Part shown: piece after piece, positions 1-12,231 of the stretch
Numbering within the stretch: the first letter of the stretch is position 1
How the letters are laid out: each line of letters opens with the position of its first letter
Assembly: GCA_002269645.1 (NCBI GenBank)
Contig: NIVC01000225.1
Span: 1 to 64,000 of the forward strand
Length of the DNA: 64,000 nucleotides
Reading direction: 5' to 3'
Source of the DNA: Macrostomum lignano
Lineage: Eukaryota
The notes under the pieces: generated by a model
Told to the model about the DNA's origin: nothing
Seen by the model: the letters and a program-made list of their open reading frames with translations, nothing else
Databases searched by the model: none
Translations under genes and position numbers: made by a program

Positions 1-1686
1 GATATCTTAGTAGACCTATACCATGGCTATATGTCAATCTAAGGAAATAATTGTTTTAACCTATTGTATTTTTCTATCTAGGTCTATGCTAGGTATGCAG
101 CAACAATTTAAATGTTATAAATAGTAGAAAAAACGAATTATTAGTTAACTATTTACCAGCAAATGAAAAACTTATTATTTGCTTCTCTCTTAATAATCTT
201 CTAATTTGGGTCTTTTATCTAATCTAAAGCGCTAAAATTTGGTGAGCAAGATTTTCAACCCGAAATTAAATATTCAATACACTACAGTATGTGTTACAAA
301 GGAAATTAATTGAATGATTTTAAATGATGATAAATGCGCAATACTATATATAGTAGTAGAAGTATTAATTTATTATGGAATGGATTGGCGGATTGGTAAG
401 ATTAGGATTTCCCTTTTGGGCTTTTGTCATTCTTGAATTGTGAATTTTTTGTTCAATAAAAGTAACAAAAAAATATTCAATATTAACAGTAATAATAATG
501 AATAATAATATCTTACTGATATAGATAATAATAAGTGGAGCTGAGCTTAGAGCTTTAATATGGTTTGCGCATGCACATGCACGCATGCAGGAGCTTTTTT
601 GCAGAAAAAATTAAATTAAAAAATTAAAAAAATCTTAAGTAAAATTAACAAACGTTTTGTATGCTTAGTAAACATCTAAGTAACTTAAGTGAAAACAACA
701 AATGTGACATAAAATGAAAATTAGTTATTAGTTATGTTATTTATGTAGCCGTGGTTTTCTGCTCTTGAGAATGTACTGTATCCATAGATACGCGAAAATA
801 TGAAATATATAATTTTTCTTATCTGGTCGATTTTAGACTTTTCATAGGTGTTCGCTGTATTAGTTGTTTTTCTAATACAACTTGCAGGAGTTTCAGAAAT
901 TTTTCATAGAGCTTTTTGGACTTGTATGATTCTTATGTAAATTATGGCGTCCATCATTTCCATCAGCATATTTTAGTTTCACCATCAGATAATGGACTTC
1001 GTACAGTTGCATACAACTATATTTAGCTAAAGCTTTAACTTTGAAAGACCTTAAATTGAAAGGATAATACTATATACGAAGCTTTGATACGAAGCAATAC
1101 TATATATCGAAGCTTTTAAATCCTGAATTTTATTGTGCTTGAACTTTTGGAATAATTTGAAACATTATTTTGAGTGATGCTCAATAACACTGTTATTTTA
1201 TTATCAACTGGAATATGAGCCTTTGTACCTTGATTATCTGGTATTATATTTATACTATTTAGTTAAAATATTTAATTATTATTCAGTATAATCAGTTTCA
1301 CTAAGGAAAACTAAGTAGTTGTAACAAACTGACTAGGAAAAAAGAATAATAAACTTACAAACTATTTTTGTCACATAGCCTCTTATTTCTGAATACCATT
1401 ATTTTGATTTCTAAAATTATTGCTGCCACTATTGATAACTGGTGATGCTGATTCCTAACTTTTCTAAGGTTTCCGCCTGATTTTCCCCTTTAGGTTCAGA
1501 TTCTTATTTTCTGAAATGCACAACTCTCTCCTTTATGGTAGTTTTTCTGACAGAGAATAATCTCACAGAAAATTAATGTTTAGTAAGTTCATTTCTAACG
1601 GGTGACAAAATGTGTAACAAGTCTCGATAAGTTGTCTACAATATTATATTTATTGAGAGACAAAGAATCCTACCAACTTTTCAGCA

Positions 1687-4600
1687 ATGTCCGAGCGCAG
1701 AGTCAGAAAGGCTCGTCGAAGCACAGACGCCCGCAACAGGGGCTGGCGACAAACAGCAGGACCTGGTGCCGCGAGAGTCGACTTCACGGATAACAAGGCC
1801 TACCTGCTCACCGCTAGCAGCCAGAGTGGCATGAACTTGTAAGTTTTTTTACCGGGTTTCGAAATTTCTAAAGACAATTTACCAGGTAATACTCCGACTC
1901 TAATTAACCAACAACTCCACCTGACCGAATTCAAGGTACGACCATCTCATCGTCTGCCTGAAAAAGATCCTCGAGGAGAAGCCCAGCAATGTAGTGGACA
2001 TCTTCGAAGACATCAGCAAGGAGGGCAAACGGGCGAGGTTCGCCTCCAACGTGGGACACGGTGCAGAACCAGTACGAGCGAACTACCGAGGTGGCCAAGG
2101 CCGAAGTGCAGCGGCATCTGTTTGAGGTGAGCACTGTAGCATACAGTTGCCTATCGGTGTACTTTCTAGCCAGGAGGAAATTAAAAAGCATTGAATTCCA
2201 AACCAATGCATCTTCAGCCAACCCAGGGCGATGAAGATGAGGAAGAGATGGATTCGGCGCTGCCCAACCTGTGGCAGACCGCCTATCTGTTCGAGCAGGG
2301 AGGAGTCGGTAAGCGAAGGAAGCTCTCAGGAGATAAATTATGGGTTTTAGATCTTCCATAGCAACCGCTGGAGCTTTTGACAATTCAATGCTCTCCTGCA
2401 AACTCCAAACTCAGGCCTGGACGCTGAGGAGACCTACCGCCTGTGGCTGGCTCTCAAAGAGCTGGAGAAGCAGCACAGCTTCGAGCAGCTGCGCTTCTGG
2501 GGCAAAATCCTCGGCACTGAGGGTGGCTATTACATCGCTGAGGGTCTGCTCAAGCAGGATGAGATAGACGCCATCGTCGAGGAGGAGGCGAAGGCCGCGG
2601 CAGCCACCGCCAGCAGTGCCGACGGCAGCAAGCCGGAACAAGCCGGGGCCGACTCCGCCGCTGACGCTGAAGCCGCTGGCGACGCCGACGAGGAGCCGCC
2701 GGAGGACCCGATCCCAAGCCGGACTTCAAGACGCCGCCGGTGGTGCCACGCGAAGACGCCGGCTCCGGCGTCAACCGGTTTGTGTACTTTGTCTGCTCGG
2801 AGCCCGGCCGGCCCTGGACCCGCCTGCCAGCGTGACCCCGGCGCAGATCCAGGCTGCCCGCAAGGTGAAGAAGTTCTTCACCGGCCGCCTTGACGCCCCT
2901 GTGGTCACCTACCCGCCGTTTCCGGCAACGAGGCCAACTACCTGCGCGCTCAGGTCTGCCGGATCTCAGCCGGCACCATCATCTCGCCGCAGGTGAGTGC
3001 AATGTTGTGCTAGCAAAATTTGGAACGAGTCAATGCTGTGGTCAAAGTTAAATCTCAAAGTTGTAAAACCATAAGAGAGCGTCTACTGACGAGTAGCGAG
3101 GAAAGAGAATTAAGCGATTCCCTTATAGCCAGCTGATGTAAGAAAAACTGTTGGGCACCGGGCAGTTTAATAGAACATTAACTGTTTCCCGGCGGGTCCT
3201 GGCTCAGAAGACCAGCTGACAGCGGGCTAGGAGCTCAGAAATGTTTACTTCAGGTAATCAGGCTTACCTGGTCTGGACTACCCTTCCCAAATGCTTACCC
3301 TCACCGAAACTGCAGGGCTTTTACATGTTCGACGAAGAGGAGGAAGAGGATGAGGAGGGCGGCGGCCGCGACAACTTCGTGGAGAACCCGGAGTTCGAGC
3401 CGATGCCGGTGCGGGAGCTCATCGACCCCAGCCTGTCCAGCTGGGTGCACCATGTGCAGCACGTCCTGCCGCAGGGCCGCACCCGCTGGTGGAATCCGGC
3501 GCAGAAGCGGGACGACGATTCCGTTGACGACGAGGATGAAGAGGAGAAGGAGGAGATGGACGAGCCGCAGCCGGAGGAGGGCCCACCGCTGCTGACGCCG
3601 CTGTCCGAGGACGCGGAGGTTGACGGCAACCAGCCGTGGACGGCGCGGCTCTCGTCGCAGCTGCTGCCGCAGTTCTCGGTTGCCGTCCTGTCCTCCAACC
3701 TGTGGCCGGGCGCGTACGCGCGTGGCCCAAGGCAGGTGCGAGTCGCGGCGAGAGATGACTGGGGAGAAGAGAGAAAGGGGAGAATTAGGAACAGGAGAGG
3801 GGAGAATTAGGGACATGAGAGGGAGAATTAGGGACATGAGAGGGGAGAATTAGGGACATGAGAGGGGAGGGACAGGAGAGGGGAGAATTAGGGACATGAG
3901 AGGGGAGAATTAGGGACATGAGAGGGGAGAATTAGGGACATGAGAGGGAGGGACAGGAGAGGGGAGAATTAGGGACATGAGAGGAGAATTAGGGGCATGA
4001 GAGGCGAGGGACATGAGAGGCGAGAGACAGGAGAGGGAGAATTAGGGACATGAGAGGCTAGGGACAGGAGAGGGGAGAATTAGGGACATGAAAGGCGAGG
4101 GACAGGAGAGGGGAGAATTAGGGACATGAGACGGGAGAATTAGGGACATGAGAGGGGAGAATTAGGGACATGAGAGGCTAGGGACAGGAGAGGGGAGAAT
4201 TAGGGACATGAAAGGCGAGGGACAGGAGAGGGGAGAATTAGGGACATGAGACGGGAGAATTAGGGACATGAGAGGGGAGAATAAGGGACATGAGAGGCTA
4301 GGGACAGGAGAGGGGAGAATTAGGGACATGAGAGGGAGAATTAGGAACAGGAGAGGGGAGAATTAGGAACAGGAGAGGGGAGAATTAGGCACATGAGAGG
4401 GGAGAATTAGGGACATGAGACGGGAGAATTAGGGACATGAGAGGGGAGAATTAGGGACATGAGAGGCTAGGGACAGGAGAGGGGAGAATTAGGGACATGA
4501 AAGGCGAGGGACAGGAGAGGGGAGAATTAGGGACATGAGACGGGAGAATTAGGGACATGAGAGGGGAGAATAAGGGACATGAGAGGCTAGGGACAGGAGA

Positions 4601-6050
4601 GGGGAGAATTAGGGACATGAGAGGGGAGAATTAGGAACAGGAGAGGGGAGAATTAGGAACAGGAGAGGGGAGAATTAGGCACATGAGAGGGGAGAATTAG
4701 GAACAGGAGAGGGGAGAATTAGGAACAGGAGAGGGGAGAATTAGGAACAGGAGAGTGGCGAATTAGGGACAGGAGAGGGAAGAATTAGGGACAGGAGAGG
4801 GGAGAATTAGGGACAGGTGAGGGGAGAATTAGGGACAGGAGAGGGAAGAATTAGGGACAGGAGAGGGGAGAATTAGGGACAGGTGAGGGGAGAATTAGGG
4901 ACAGGAGAGTGGCGAATTAGCGACAGGAGAGGGGAGAATTAGGGACAGGAGAGGGGAGAATTAGGGACAGGAGAGGGGAGAATTAGGAACAGGAGAGGGG
5001 AGAATTAGGAACAGGAGAGGGGAGAATTAGGAACAGGAGAGGGGAGAATTAGGAACAGGAGAGGGGAGAATTAGGAACAGGAGAGGGGAGAATTAGGAAC
5101 ATGAGAGGGGAGAATTAGGAACAGGAGAGTGGTGAATTAGGGACATGAAAGGGGAGAATTAGGAACAGGAGAGTGGTGAATTAGGGACATGAAAGGGGAG
5201 AATTAGGAACAGGAGAGGGGAGAATTAGGAACATGAGAGGGGAGAATTAGGAACAGGAGAGGGGAGAATTAGGGACAGGTGAGGGGAGAATTAGGAACAG
5301 GAGAGGGTAGAATTAGGAACAGGAGAGGGGAGAATTAGGAACAGGAGAGGGGAGAATTAGGAACAGGAGAGGGAGAATTAGGAACAGGAGAGGGGAGAAT
5401 TAGGAACATGAGAGGGGAGAATTAGGAACATGAGAGGGGAGAATTAGGAACAGGAGAGTGGTGAATTAGGGACATGAAAGGGGAGAATTAGGAACAGGAG
5501 AGGAGAGAATTAGGAACATGAGAGGGGAGAATTAGGAACAGGAGAGGGGAGAATTAGGGACAGGTGAGGGAGAATTAGGAACAGGAGAGGGTAGAATTAG
5601 GAACATGAGAGGGGAGAATTAGGAACATGAGAGGCATTATTTTTGCAGCAGAACCAAGTAGCCTCTGTGACTAAATAAAAAGCGATCGCAGAAAGGGAAA
5701 ATAAGAGAGAGAAGAAAGGGAGGCAGGGAAAAGGGAGAGAAGAGAAAGGAACCGGAAAGGCACAGGAGCTGAGAAGTGAGCCGGAGAAGTCGCAGCCCAG
5801 TCCCGCCCATGCCCGCAGTCTATTCGAGAACGTGTACATCGGCTGGGGCCACAAGTACGCCACCGAGAACTACAGCCCACCGCCGCCGCCGCCAGTGCTG
5901 CTGGAGTTCCCCAGCGGGCCGGAGATCACCGAGACGGAGGACCCGACGCCCGAGGAGGAGGCGGCGCTGAAGGCGGCCCTGGCCGAGGCCGAGGAGGGCG
6001 CCGAGGAGGGCGCGGGCGAGGAGGAGGAGGACGAGGAGGAGGACGACTGA
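1687..6050 (+). CDS. RSPH4A: Radial spoke head protein 4/6 homolog (6 exons; reading frame broken by several 1-nt indels)
   Basis: Exons 1687-1838, 1936-2126, 2218-2308, 2415-2992, 3316-3735, 5819-6050 with GT-AG ends. Translated segments match RSPH4/6 motifs: [86 protein letters not shown], acidic C-terminus. Frame needs repair at about 2053, 2713, 2827, 2922 and 3720. Confidence 0.9.
3755..5635. repeat. Purine-rich 22-bp minisatellite filling RSPH4 intron 5
   Basis: Tandem GAGAGGGGAGAATTAGGGACAT / GAGAGGGGAGAATTAGGAACAG units, about 1.9 kb, with duplicated higher-order blocks. Confidence 0.95.
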
Positions 6051-6983
6051 GCAGGCGGCGTCCGACTGGCTGATTGCGCAACCGTGTCCTGCAACTGCTC
6101 CCTGCTTTGTTTTCTATTTTTTGCGCGACATTTCCGTCTGTTTTTTTGTCTGTAGATTTCTGTGCTGCCGTTTGGCCTGCCGCTTCGAAGTGAAACTTGG
6201 CGGTCAAATTTAAAATTGACTGGTTTAGACAGACTTGTTATACTAAGGTCAATATTGTATTGTTTGTTTGTAACACTATGATCTACCTTTGATGACTTGT
6301 TTATGAAAGCTGTTACGAAAAAAATAATATTCAAAGGAATCTTTGGGAACTCGGATCGAAAGCTCCATTTTTAAAACAAAAAATACAGAGCCATGTGTTT
6401 CTGCTCAGCTACTCAGTTCAGTAGAGAATATAGAGTTTTCACAGTCTGGCCTCATTTGATGGCGGTGTGAACGAGCAACAAATTGGAAAACTTGCATCAC
6501 ACTCCTCTAAACCCCAGCCCAGTCATTCTTCTCAGTATATGTCAGTTGATTGCAGTTTAAACGCTTGCGATCACTCGTAAAAGTCAGTAGTTGATGTCGT
6601 GAAAAACTGAGATGATTGTCAAAGATTCGTTCATCATAACTGAAATTTTGTGATCACTCGAAAATTATGGCCTCATTTGATGGCGGTGTGAACGAGCAAC
6701 GAACAAGCACGTTTGAGAAAACTATTTTGTGCTCTGAATTCAAAACCAGTGTACAGTCTGTATCAGAGTACAAAGGCAAGCGCTCTTGTTGATATAACTG
6801 GTGCGAGCTAACAAAAAACCTAGCATATTAATTACACTTTTTGATCGTCTTTTTCCTGGTACTTCAATTGTCAGGGTGCTGAAGGTCGCGTATAGAACAG
6901 GATTTTCTTGGACCTTGTTTACCAGGGGTTCCAGCGGCAACCAACAGGCGCTGTTTTTTCACGCTTGCTCATTTCGCTTATGT

Positions 6984-7520
6984 TAGGGGTCGGCAAACTT
7001 TTTTACCCCAAGGGCCAGATAGAGAACCTTGAGCATGACTGCGGTTCGGAGGAAGGAGATGAGAGGGAATAAAAAAGAAAGGATATAGGAAAAGGGAGAG
7101 GTTAGGGAAGGAGCAAAGAGGAGACGATAGGAGAGAAGATGAATTAGGCTAGGAGAGTAGAAAAGAGAAGAGAGAGGGAGAGTAGGAAGAAGAGAGAAGA
7201 GGAGAGAGGAGAGGAGAGAGGAGAGGAGAGAGGAGAGGAGAGAGGAGAGGAGAGAGGAGAGGAGAGAGGAGAGAAGAGAGGAGAGGAGAGAGGAGAGGAG
7301 AGAGGAGAGGAGAGAGGAGAGGAGAGAGGAGAGGAGAGAGGAGAGAAGAGAGGAGAGGAGAGAGGAGAGGAGAGAGGAGAGGAGAGAGGAGAGAAGAAGA
7401 GAGGAGAAAATAGCGCTGAGAAGAGACAAACATCGAGCGGGCCGGATTGCTATTGTGCAGTTTAAAAGGACCGCGAGGGCCGGATGAAGAGGCTTTGCAG
7501 GCCGGAGTTGCCGACCCCTG
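6984..7520. mobile_element. Non-autonomous hAT-type MITE
   Basis: Terminal inverted repeats TAGGGGTCGGCAAACT (6984-6999) and AGTTGCCGACCCCTG (7506-7520). Flanking 8-bp TSD GCTTATGT (6976-6983) and GCTCATGT (7521-7528), 7/8 identical. Subterminal GGGCC motifs. No coding capacity. Confidence 0.85.
7175..7405. repeat. GA-rich 12-bp microsatellite inside the hAT MITE
   Basis: Tandem GAGAGGAGAGGA units; source of the spurious LSSL/LSPL ORFs. Confidence 0.9.
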
Positions 7521-7943
7521 GCTCATGTGATGGAAAATAATAAAATAGTTAATAACCTGACTGGCGTGATGACCAATCAATTTTGAAGCGACAGTCAGAC
7601 TAGACGGAGAGTTGTTAAAATAAAGAGGCTTGAGTTGAGTTTTGTGTGTTGCGCAACTTGGGGTGCTGTGTAAGAGGCAAGCGACCAATGTACAGCGTTT
7701 TAGTTGATCAACTGGCCCTTGCGTTGTTAAATTTTGTTGCTGAATTTGAAAATTTTCTTAAGTTAGTTGAGATTTAAAGTGATCACAGAAAAATTTATAA
7801 ATTTTTGTGGTCAAACGAGTCGTGTGATTTGGTCTCTCATTTGATTGCAGCGTGAATGAGCCTTAAATATTTAAAACTTATGCGAGACTTTAATAAACAT
7901 TTTATGCCTTGCGGTCTTGTGTGCAGTTTAGCAGTCAACAGCA

Positions 7944-8543
7944 ATGACAGCAGACGAGGCCTTCACCAGATTGGCTCTGAACACTCATTCCCTGATGGAA
8001 TTTGTGTTCGGTATCTCAGAGATTGTCATGGGCTGCATTCACATGCGCAACTGCCCCGCCCAGGTTCGAATCCCCATCTACCTGCTGGTGGCTGGCATCG
8101 TGGGAGTCTCCAGGTCGGTGGCTAACAGCGTCCGGTCGATGCAGATGCAGGAGGACAGCCGGCGGCAGCATGTGCAGGAAGTGGAGGTCTCGAGCTCGAC
8201 CCCGCTGATCCAGAGGACGACGGAGACGCTGAGCTCGAGGCGGCTGTGGAAGCTGCTGACCCACCTGCTGGCGGTGTTCGCCCTGCTGTGGGTCATCTGC
8301 GGCCTGGTGTGGACCTACGGAACGCAGCCGCAGTTCAACAACAGAACGGAGGCGAATTTCTGCCAGAAGGAGGTGTACAGCTTCGCCAAGGCTATGTCCG
8401 TAATCCGGACGATCATCCTGTGCGTTTATTTCAGCGTCACGTGCTTCTGCGTGGGTTTCCTGGCCGATTTCGGCTCGCGACGCGTCGATACTGGCGATCG
8501 GATGCCCCTGCAGTCGCCTCCCCCCAGTTATCGGAGCGTTTAA
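7944..8543 (+). CDS. TMEM272-like multi-pass membrane protein, single exon, 199 aa
   Basis: ATG to TAA ORF with about 4 hydrophobic segments and the family-like pattern G-x-I-H-x-x-x-CP-x-Q-x-x-IPIYLLV-x-G, later W-x-ICG-x-VWTY and FCQKEVYSFA. Confidence 0.7.
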   Translation: MTADEAFTRLALNTHSLMEFVFGISEIVMGCIHMRNCPAQVRIPIYLLVAGIVGVSRSVANSVRSMQMQEDSRRQHVQEVEVSSSTPLIQRTTETLSSRRLWKLLTHLLAVFALLWVICGLVWTYGTQPQFNNRTEANFCQKEVYSFAKAMSVIRTIILCVYFSVTCFCVGFLADFGSRRVDTGDRMPLQSPPPSYRSV

Positions 8544-8830
8544 TTCGAGCAAACTATAAATACGAGCTATTTACACTGAGCTACATGTACATACGATTTA
8601 CGAGTCGTAACTATATTTACTCAACACGTACAACTGCGAATATTATATTTTGCGGACAGCCTCTTCTTCGATTAAATGAATCTCTGTTTATTAAAAAACT
8701 TAAGTCCATGTTCAAGAGCTGCAGAGTACAGACCATAAAACCTTGCCTGCAGTATGACGCTGCGTTTGGCGCCTGTTTGACAGCTTCAGTGCGCCTTTTG
8801 TTTTTGTTATTGAAGCTTCTTTCCTCTGCA

Positions 8831-9279
8831 CAGGCACACTGTCATCCTACACCCTGATGCTTCAGGCACACTGTCACCCCACACCCTGATGCTTCAGGCA
8901 CACTGTCATCCTACACCCTGATGCTTCAGGCACACTGTCACCCCACACCCTGATGCTTCAGGCACACTGTCATCCTACACCCTGATGCTTCAGGCACACT
9001 GTCACCCCACACCCTGATGCTTCAGGCACACTGTCATCCTACACCCTGATGCTTCAGGCACACTATCACCACACACCCTGATGCTTCAGGCACACTGTCA
9101 CCCCACACCCTGATGCTTCAGGCACACTGTCACCCCACACCCTGATGCTTCAGGCACACTGTCACCCCACACCCTGATGCTTCAGGCACACTGTCACCCC
9201 ACACCCTGATGCTTCAGGCACACCGTCACCCCACACCCTGATGCTTCAGGCACACCGTCACCCCACACCCTGATGCTTC
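8831..9279. repeat. 32-bp minisatellite, about 14 copies
   Basis: Unit CAGGCACACTGTCACCCCACACCCTGATGCTT, period 32 (8831, 8863, ...). Confidence 0.95.
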
Positions 9280-9525
9280 ATTCGGCACTTGGTGCTGGGT
9301 GAATTCTTGCAATCATAGTGGGGCTTAGTATCATTACAATTTAAAGATGCGTTTCAACTTCACAAGTATTACCAAACAATTCTCGGTTTAATCTAACAAA
9401 TACATTTTGGTAGCACAGTTTCACATTCAAATGCGAAAAAGAGTGGTAAAAGAAATCGCTTTCACTTGCAGCAGTTTCCCCGAGGCCCCTTTGTACCAGC
9501 TGACGTCTCCGATCGGTCACTGCTG

Positions 9526-9951
9526 GCCACGTCGGCAAAGCGGGGAGAGAATGGAGGGGAGCGCCACGCCACGTCTACAGCGCTCCTCGGTGTATTGCAT
9601 TTCTCTTCTTTAAGCGGGGTAGGCCGCGAAGACAGTGTTGGGTTTCCTGAAAGCGGCAGTTTCAGGCCCGCTCGATGCCATGGCAAAAAAAACGGTTTGC
9701 GTCCTGGCGGGCAGGCCAGTCAACTTCGTCTTGCACTTGACGCAGGAAATTTTCTCCGCAACTTTCAACTTATTTTCAGACCGACTTGAACAGTCAGGGA
9801 GCCACGTGGCACGGGGGAACGCGCAGATGCCGCTCCCACGGATCACCCTAGGACTCAACAAGCCAGTCCACGTGGCAACTGCTCAACCCTAGAAGGTTCC
9901 TATCAGCGCCGCGAGTCCGCGGGCTGGGGTTGCTGCCGTGTCAAACGTGGC
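9526..9951. promoter_or_regulatory. Cluster of five GCCACGT/ACGTGGC elements upstream of the ER cyclophilin (UPR-element-like)
   Basis: GCCACGT 9526-9532 and 9568-9574, palindromic GCCACGTGGC 9801-9810, CCACGTGGC 9868-9876, ACGTGGC 9945-9951. Confidence 0.45.
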
Positions 9952-10083
9952 ACAGCCCGACAGAAAAAGCATAAAAGGAAGCAGCCCGAAGCCGAGCCGA
10001 GGCTCACTTCAAACCAACCAGGAGCTCAACTTTGCTCAGTCAGTTGCATTTCCTTCAACTATTTCCTGGAATCTACAGTCGCA

Positions 10084-11623
10084 ATGAAACTGCAGCTAGC
10101 CCTGTCTGTCTTCTGCTGCGCCTGCCTGTGGGCGGCCTCGCAGGCCAGTGCGATGAATTCAAACTACACGGTCACCGAGGAGGTCTGGTTCGAGGTCCGC
10201 GTCAAGGACATGGACGGCCCCGGCGAAGACTTCACTGGAAAGTGAGTACCCCAGGTTAAATTAGAAATTCGAGAAAGAACTTCTAAATATTTATCGCTTT
10301 CCAAATTATGGGACTTTCAGTTAGGATTCGCTGCCGTTTAGAAAAGGAGTTCCTCAGAAGTCTTTCCTCTCTAGAAGCTACAAAGCGTAATCACAATTCT
10401 CGCTAAGAGAACTGGACTTCTGGAGACGAATGTTTCCGTGTGATGCGTACGAGCTACTTCAGTTTAGAAGTCCCTTTCACTGCAACACGCTGCTCATAAG
10501 CATAAGAATAAATAAATTTGACCTTTGCCGTGCACCCGAAGGTTCACCGTAGCCGTATTCGGCGAGGCCGCGCCGATGACCACAATGAACTTCGTGTCGC
10601 TTGCCCGGGGCTACAAGTTCCGCGGCGAGAATCTGCACTACAAGAACACGCCAGTGCACCGCGTGGTGCCCGACTTCGTCGTCCAGATGGGCGACATCAC
10701 CACCGGGGACGGCACCGGCGGCACCAGCATCTACGGTCCGCGATTCAACGACGAGCCCTTCATCCTGTCCCACCGGTCGCCCGGCTGGATCGCCATGGCC
10801 AACCACGGCCCGGACACCAACGGTTCCCAGTTCTACATCCTGCTCACCAAGGCCCGCTGGCTGGACAATAAGCACGTCGTGTTCGGCAAGGTCATCAAGG
10901 GATTCGTAAGTGCATCTGGAAGAATTGGGGCACTGAAGACACCAGAGCAAACCAGATCGTTTAAGGTTTCTTTTCTTAAGGATTATCGGAATTTTAAGCC
11001 CCGGGGTCTCGACCTCGTATTAGTCGGATTTTCAAATCAGACGAGCAGATGTTGAACATCTCGGCTCCGTTTAACTCCTTTCACATTCAGCGGAATCGAA
11101 CTCGAAAAATCCATGATTTAAGACGTTTCTTTGTTTTTGGTGTCCTCTCGCTCAATTGCAAAAATAGTCTTCCGGAAGACTGCCGCTGCAATGCACAAAT
11201 AGAACACTTCCCCATGAAAACGGAACCTACTAGGACAAAAAGCGTCCCAGAGCCACTTGCGTCTTTCAGAGTCGTTGCAGGTAAAACGTGTGAAATAGGA
11301 ACTCATTCTAGACGACTACGACTCTAAAACGACGAAACTGCAAGCTGCAAACTGCAGTCGCCTCTCCGTCTGTTAATCTGTTGATTCCAAGCAATTATCG
11401 GTTTAGTAACAAGTTCAACCGAACTAAACAGCCATCTTTTCCCACCTAACCAAACCAGGACGTGGTCAAGACAGTCGGCGAAGTGCCCTCCGACCCAGAC
11501 ACGGCGGTGCCGCGCAAGCGCATCATGATTGAGGACTGCGGCGTGGTGGGCATCAAGGAGCGCTACGAGCTGAAGCCGAGCGAGCTGGACAGCACAGACG
11601 ACGTGAAGCGGACTGAGCTGTGA
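10084..11623 (+). CDS. Secretory-pathway cyclophilin (PPIase, cyclophilin B/C-like), 3 exons
   Basis: Exons 10084-10241, 10542-10905, 11459-11623. Signal-peptide-like MKLQLALSVFCCACLWAASQA; HRVVPDFVVQMGD, GDGTGG, MANHGPDTNGSQFYI, RWLDNKHVVFGKV; ends KRTEL-stop (KDEL-like). Confidence 0.93.
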
Positions 11624-12231
11624 ACAAAAAACTTTCGAACTTTAAATGAAGCATCTTCAGTGTTTAATAATGCAATTAAATATAATCAGCGATTTAGAAC
11701 ATTCTCGAATGCCTATTAGTAATAAGAAACTGAATCAAACATAACACATTAATATTATAAAACAGTTACGGTTCTAGTGCAAAACTTGTCGAATGATTAA
11801 TTATAAAAATAACTGGGACAAGATTCTCAGCTGGAATAAATGTTTATTATAATATCGAACTACTAATAGTAGAACACAAACAGTAGATTTTGAATTTTCG
11901 TGTCGTTTATTTCGCACAAATACAACTATTAAGAGTTGCAAGCTGAGCCACTGTAAAGAGTTATTGAGAACCGAAAAAATGCATAAATAATTTGACTTAG
12001 CAGACTACAAAATTTGGTTAAGCGGTTAAATGCGCCATTAAAAAAAATACAGCTGCTTGTAGAAAAAAACAAAACAGTATGAAACAATTGGACATTGGCA
12101 GACCACGCAAATAATAAATTATTGACATAACAAATTAGATTAAAACAATAAATAACAGGTACAAACAACCCTGTCCATAACAGGTTTGATGGGGGAATAT
12201 AAACATTAGAATAAGCATAGAATTAAACAGG

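Noticed and set aside
3755-4700. Interstitial telomere, because of TTAGGG in the unit
   Set aside because: TTAGGG occurs once per 22-bp unit, never in tandem, and becomes TTAGGA in much of the array.
6983-7688. LSSL/LSPL-repeat ORFs
   Set aside because: Translations of a GA microsatellite inside a MITE.
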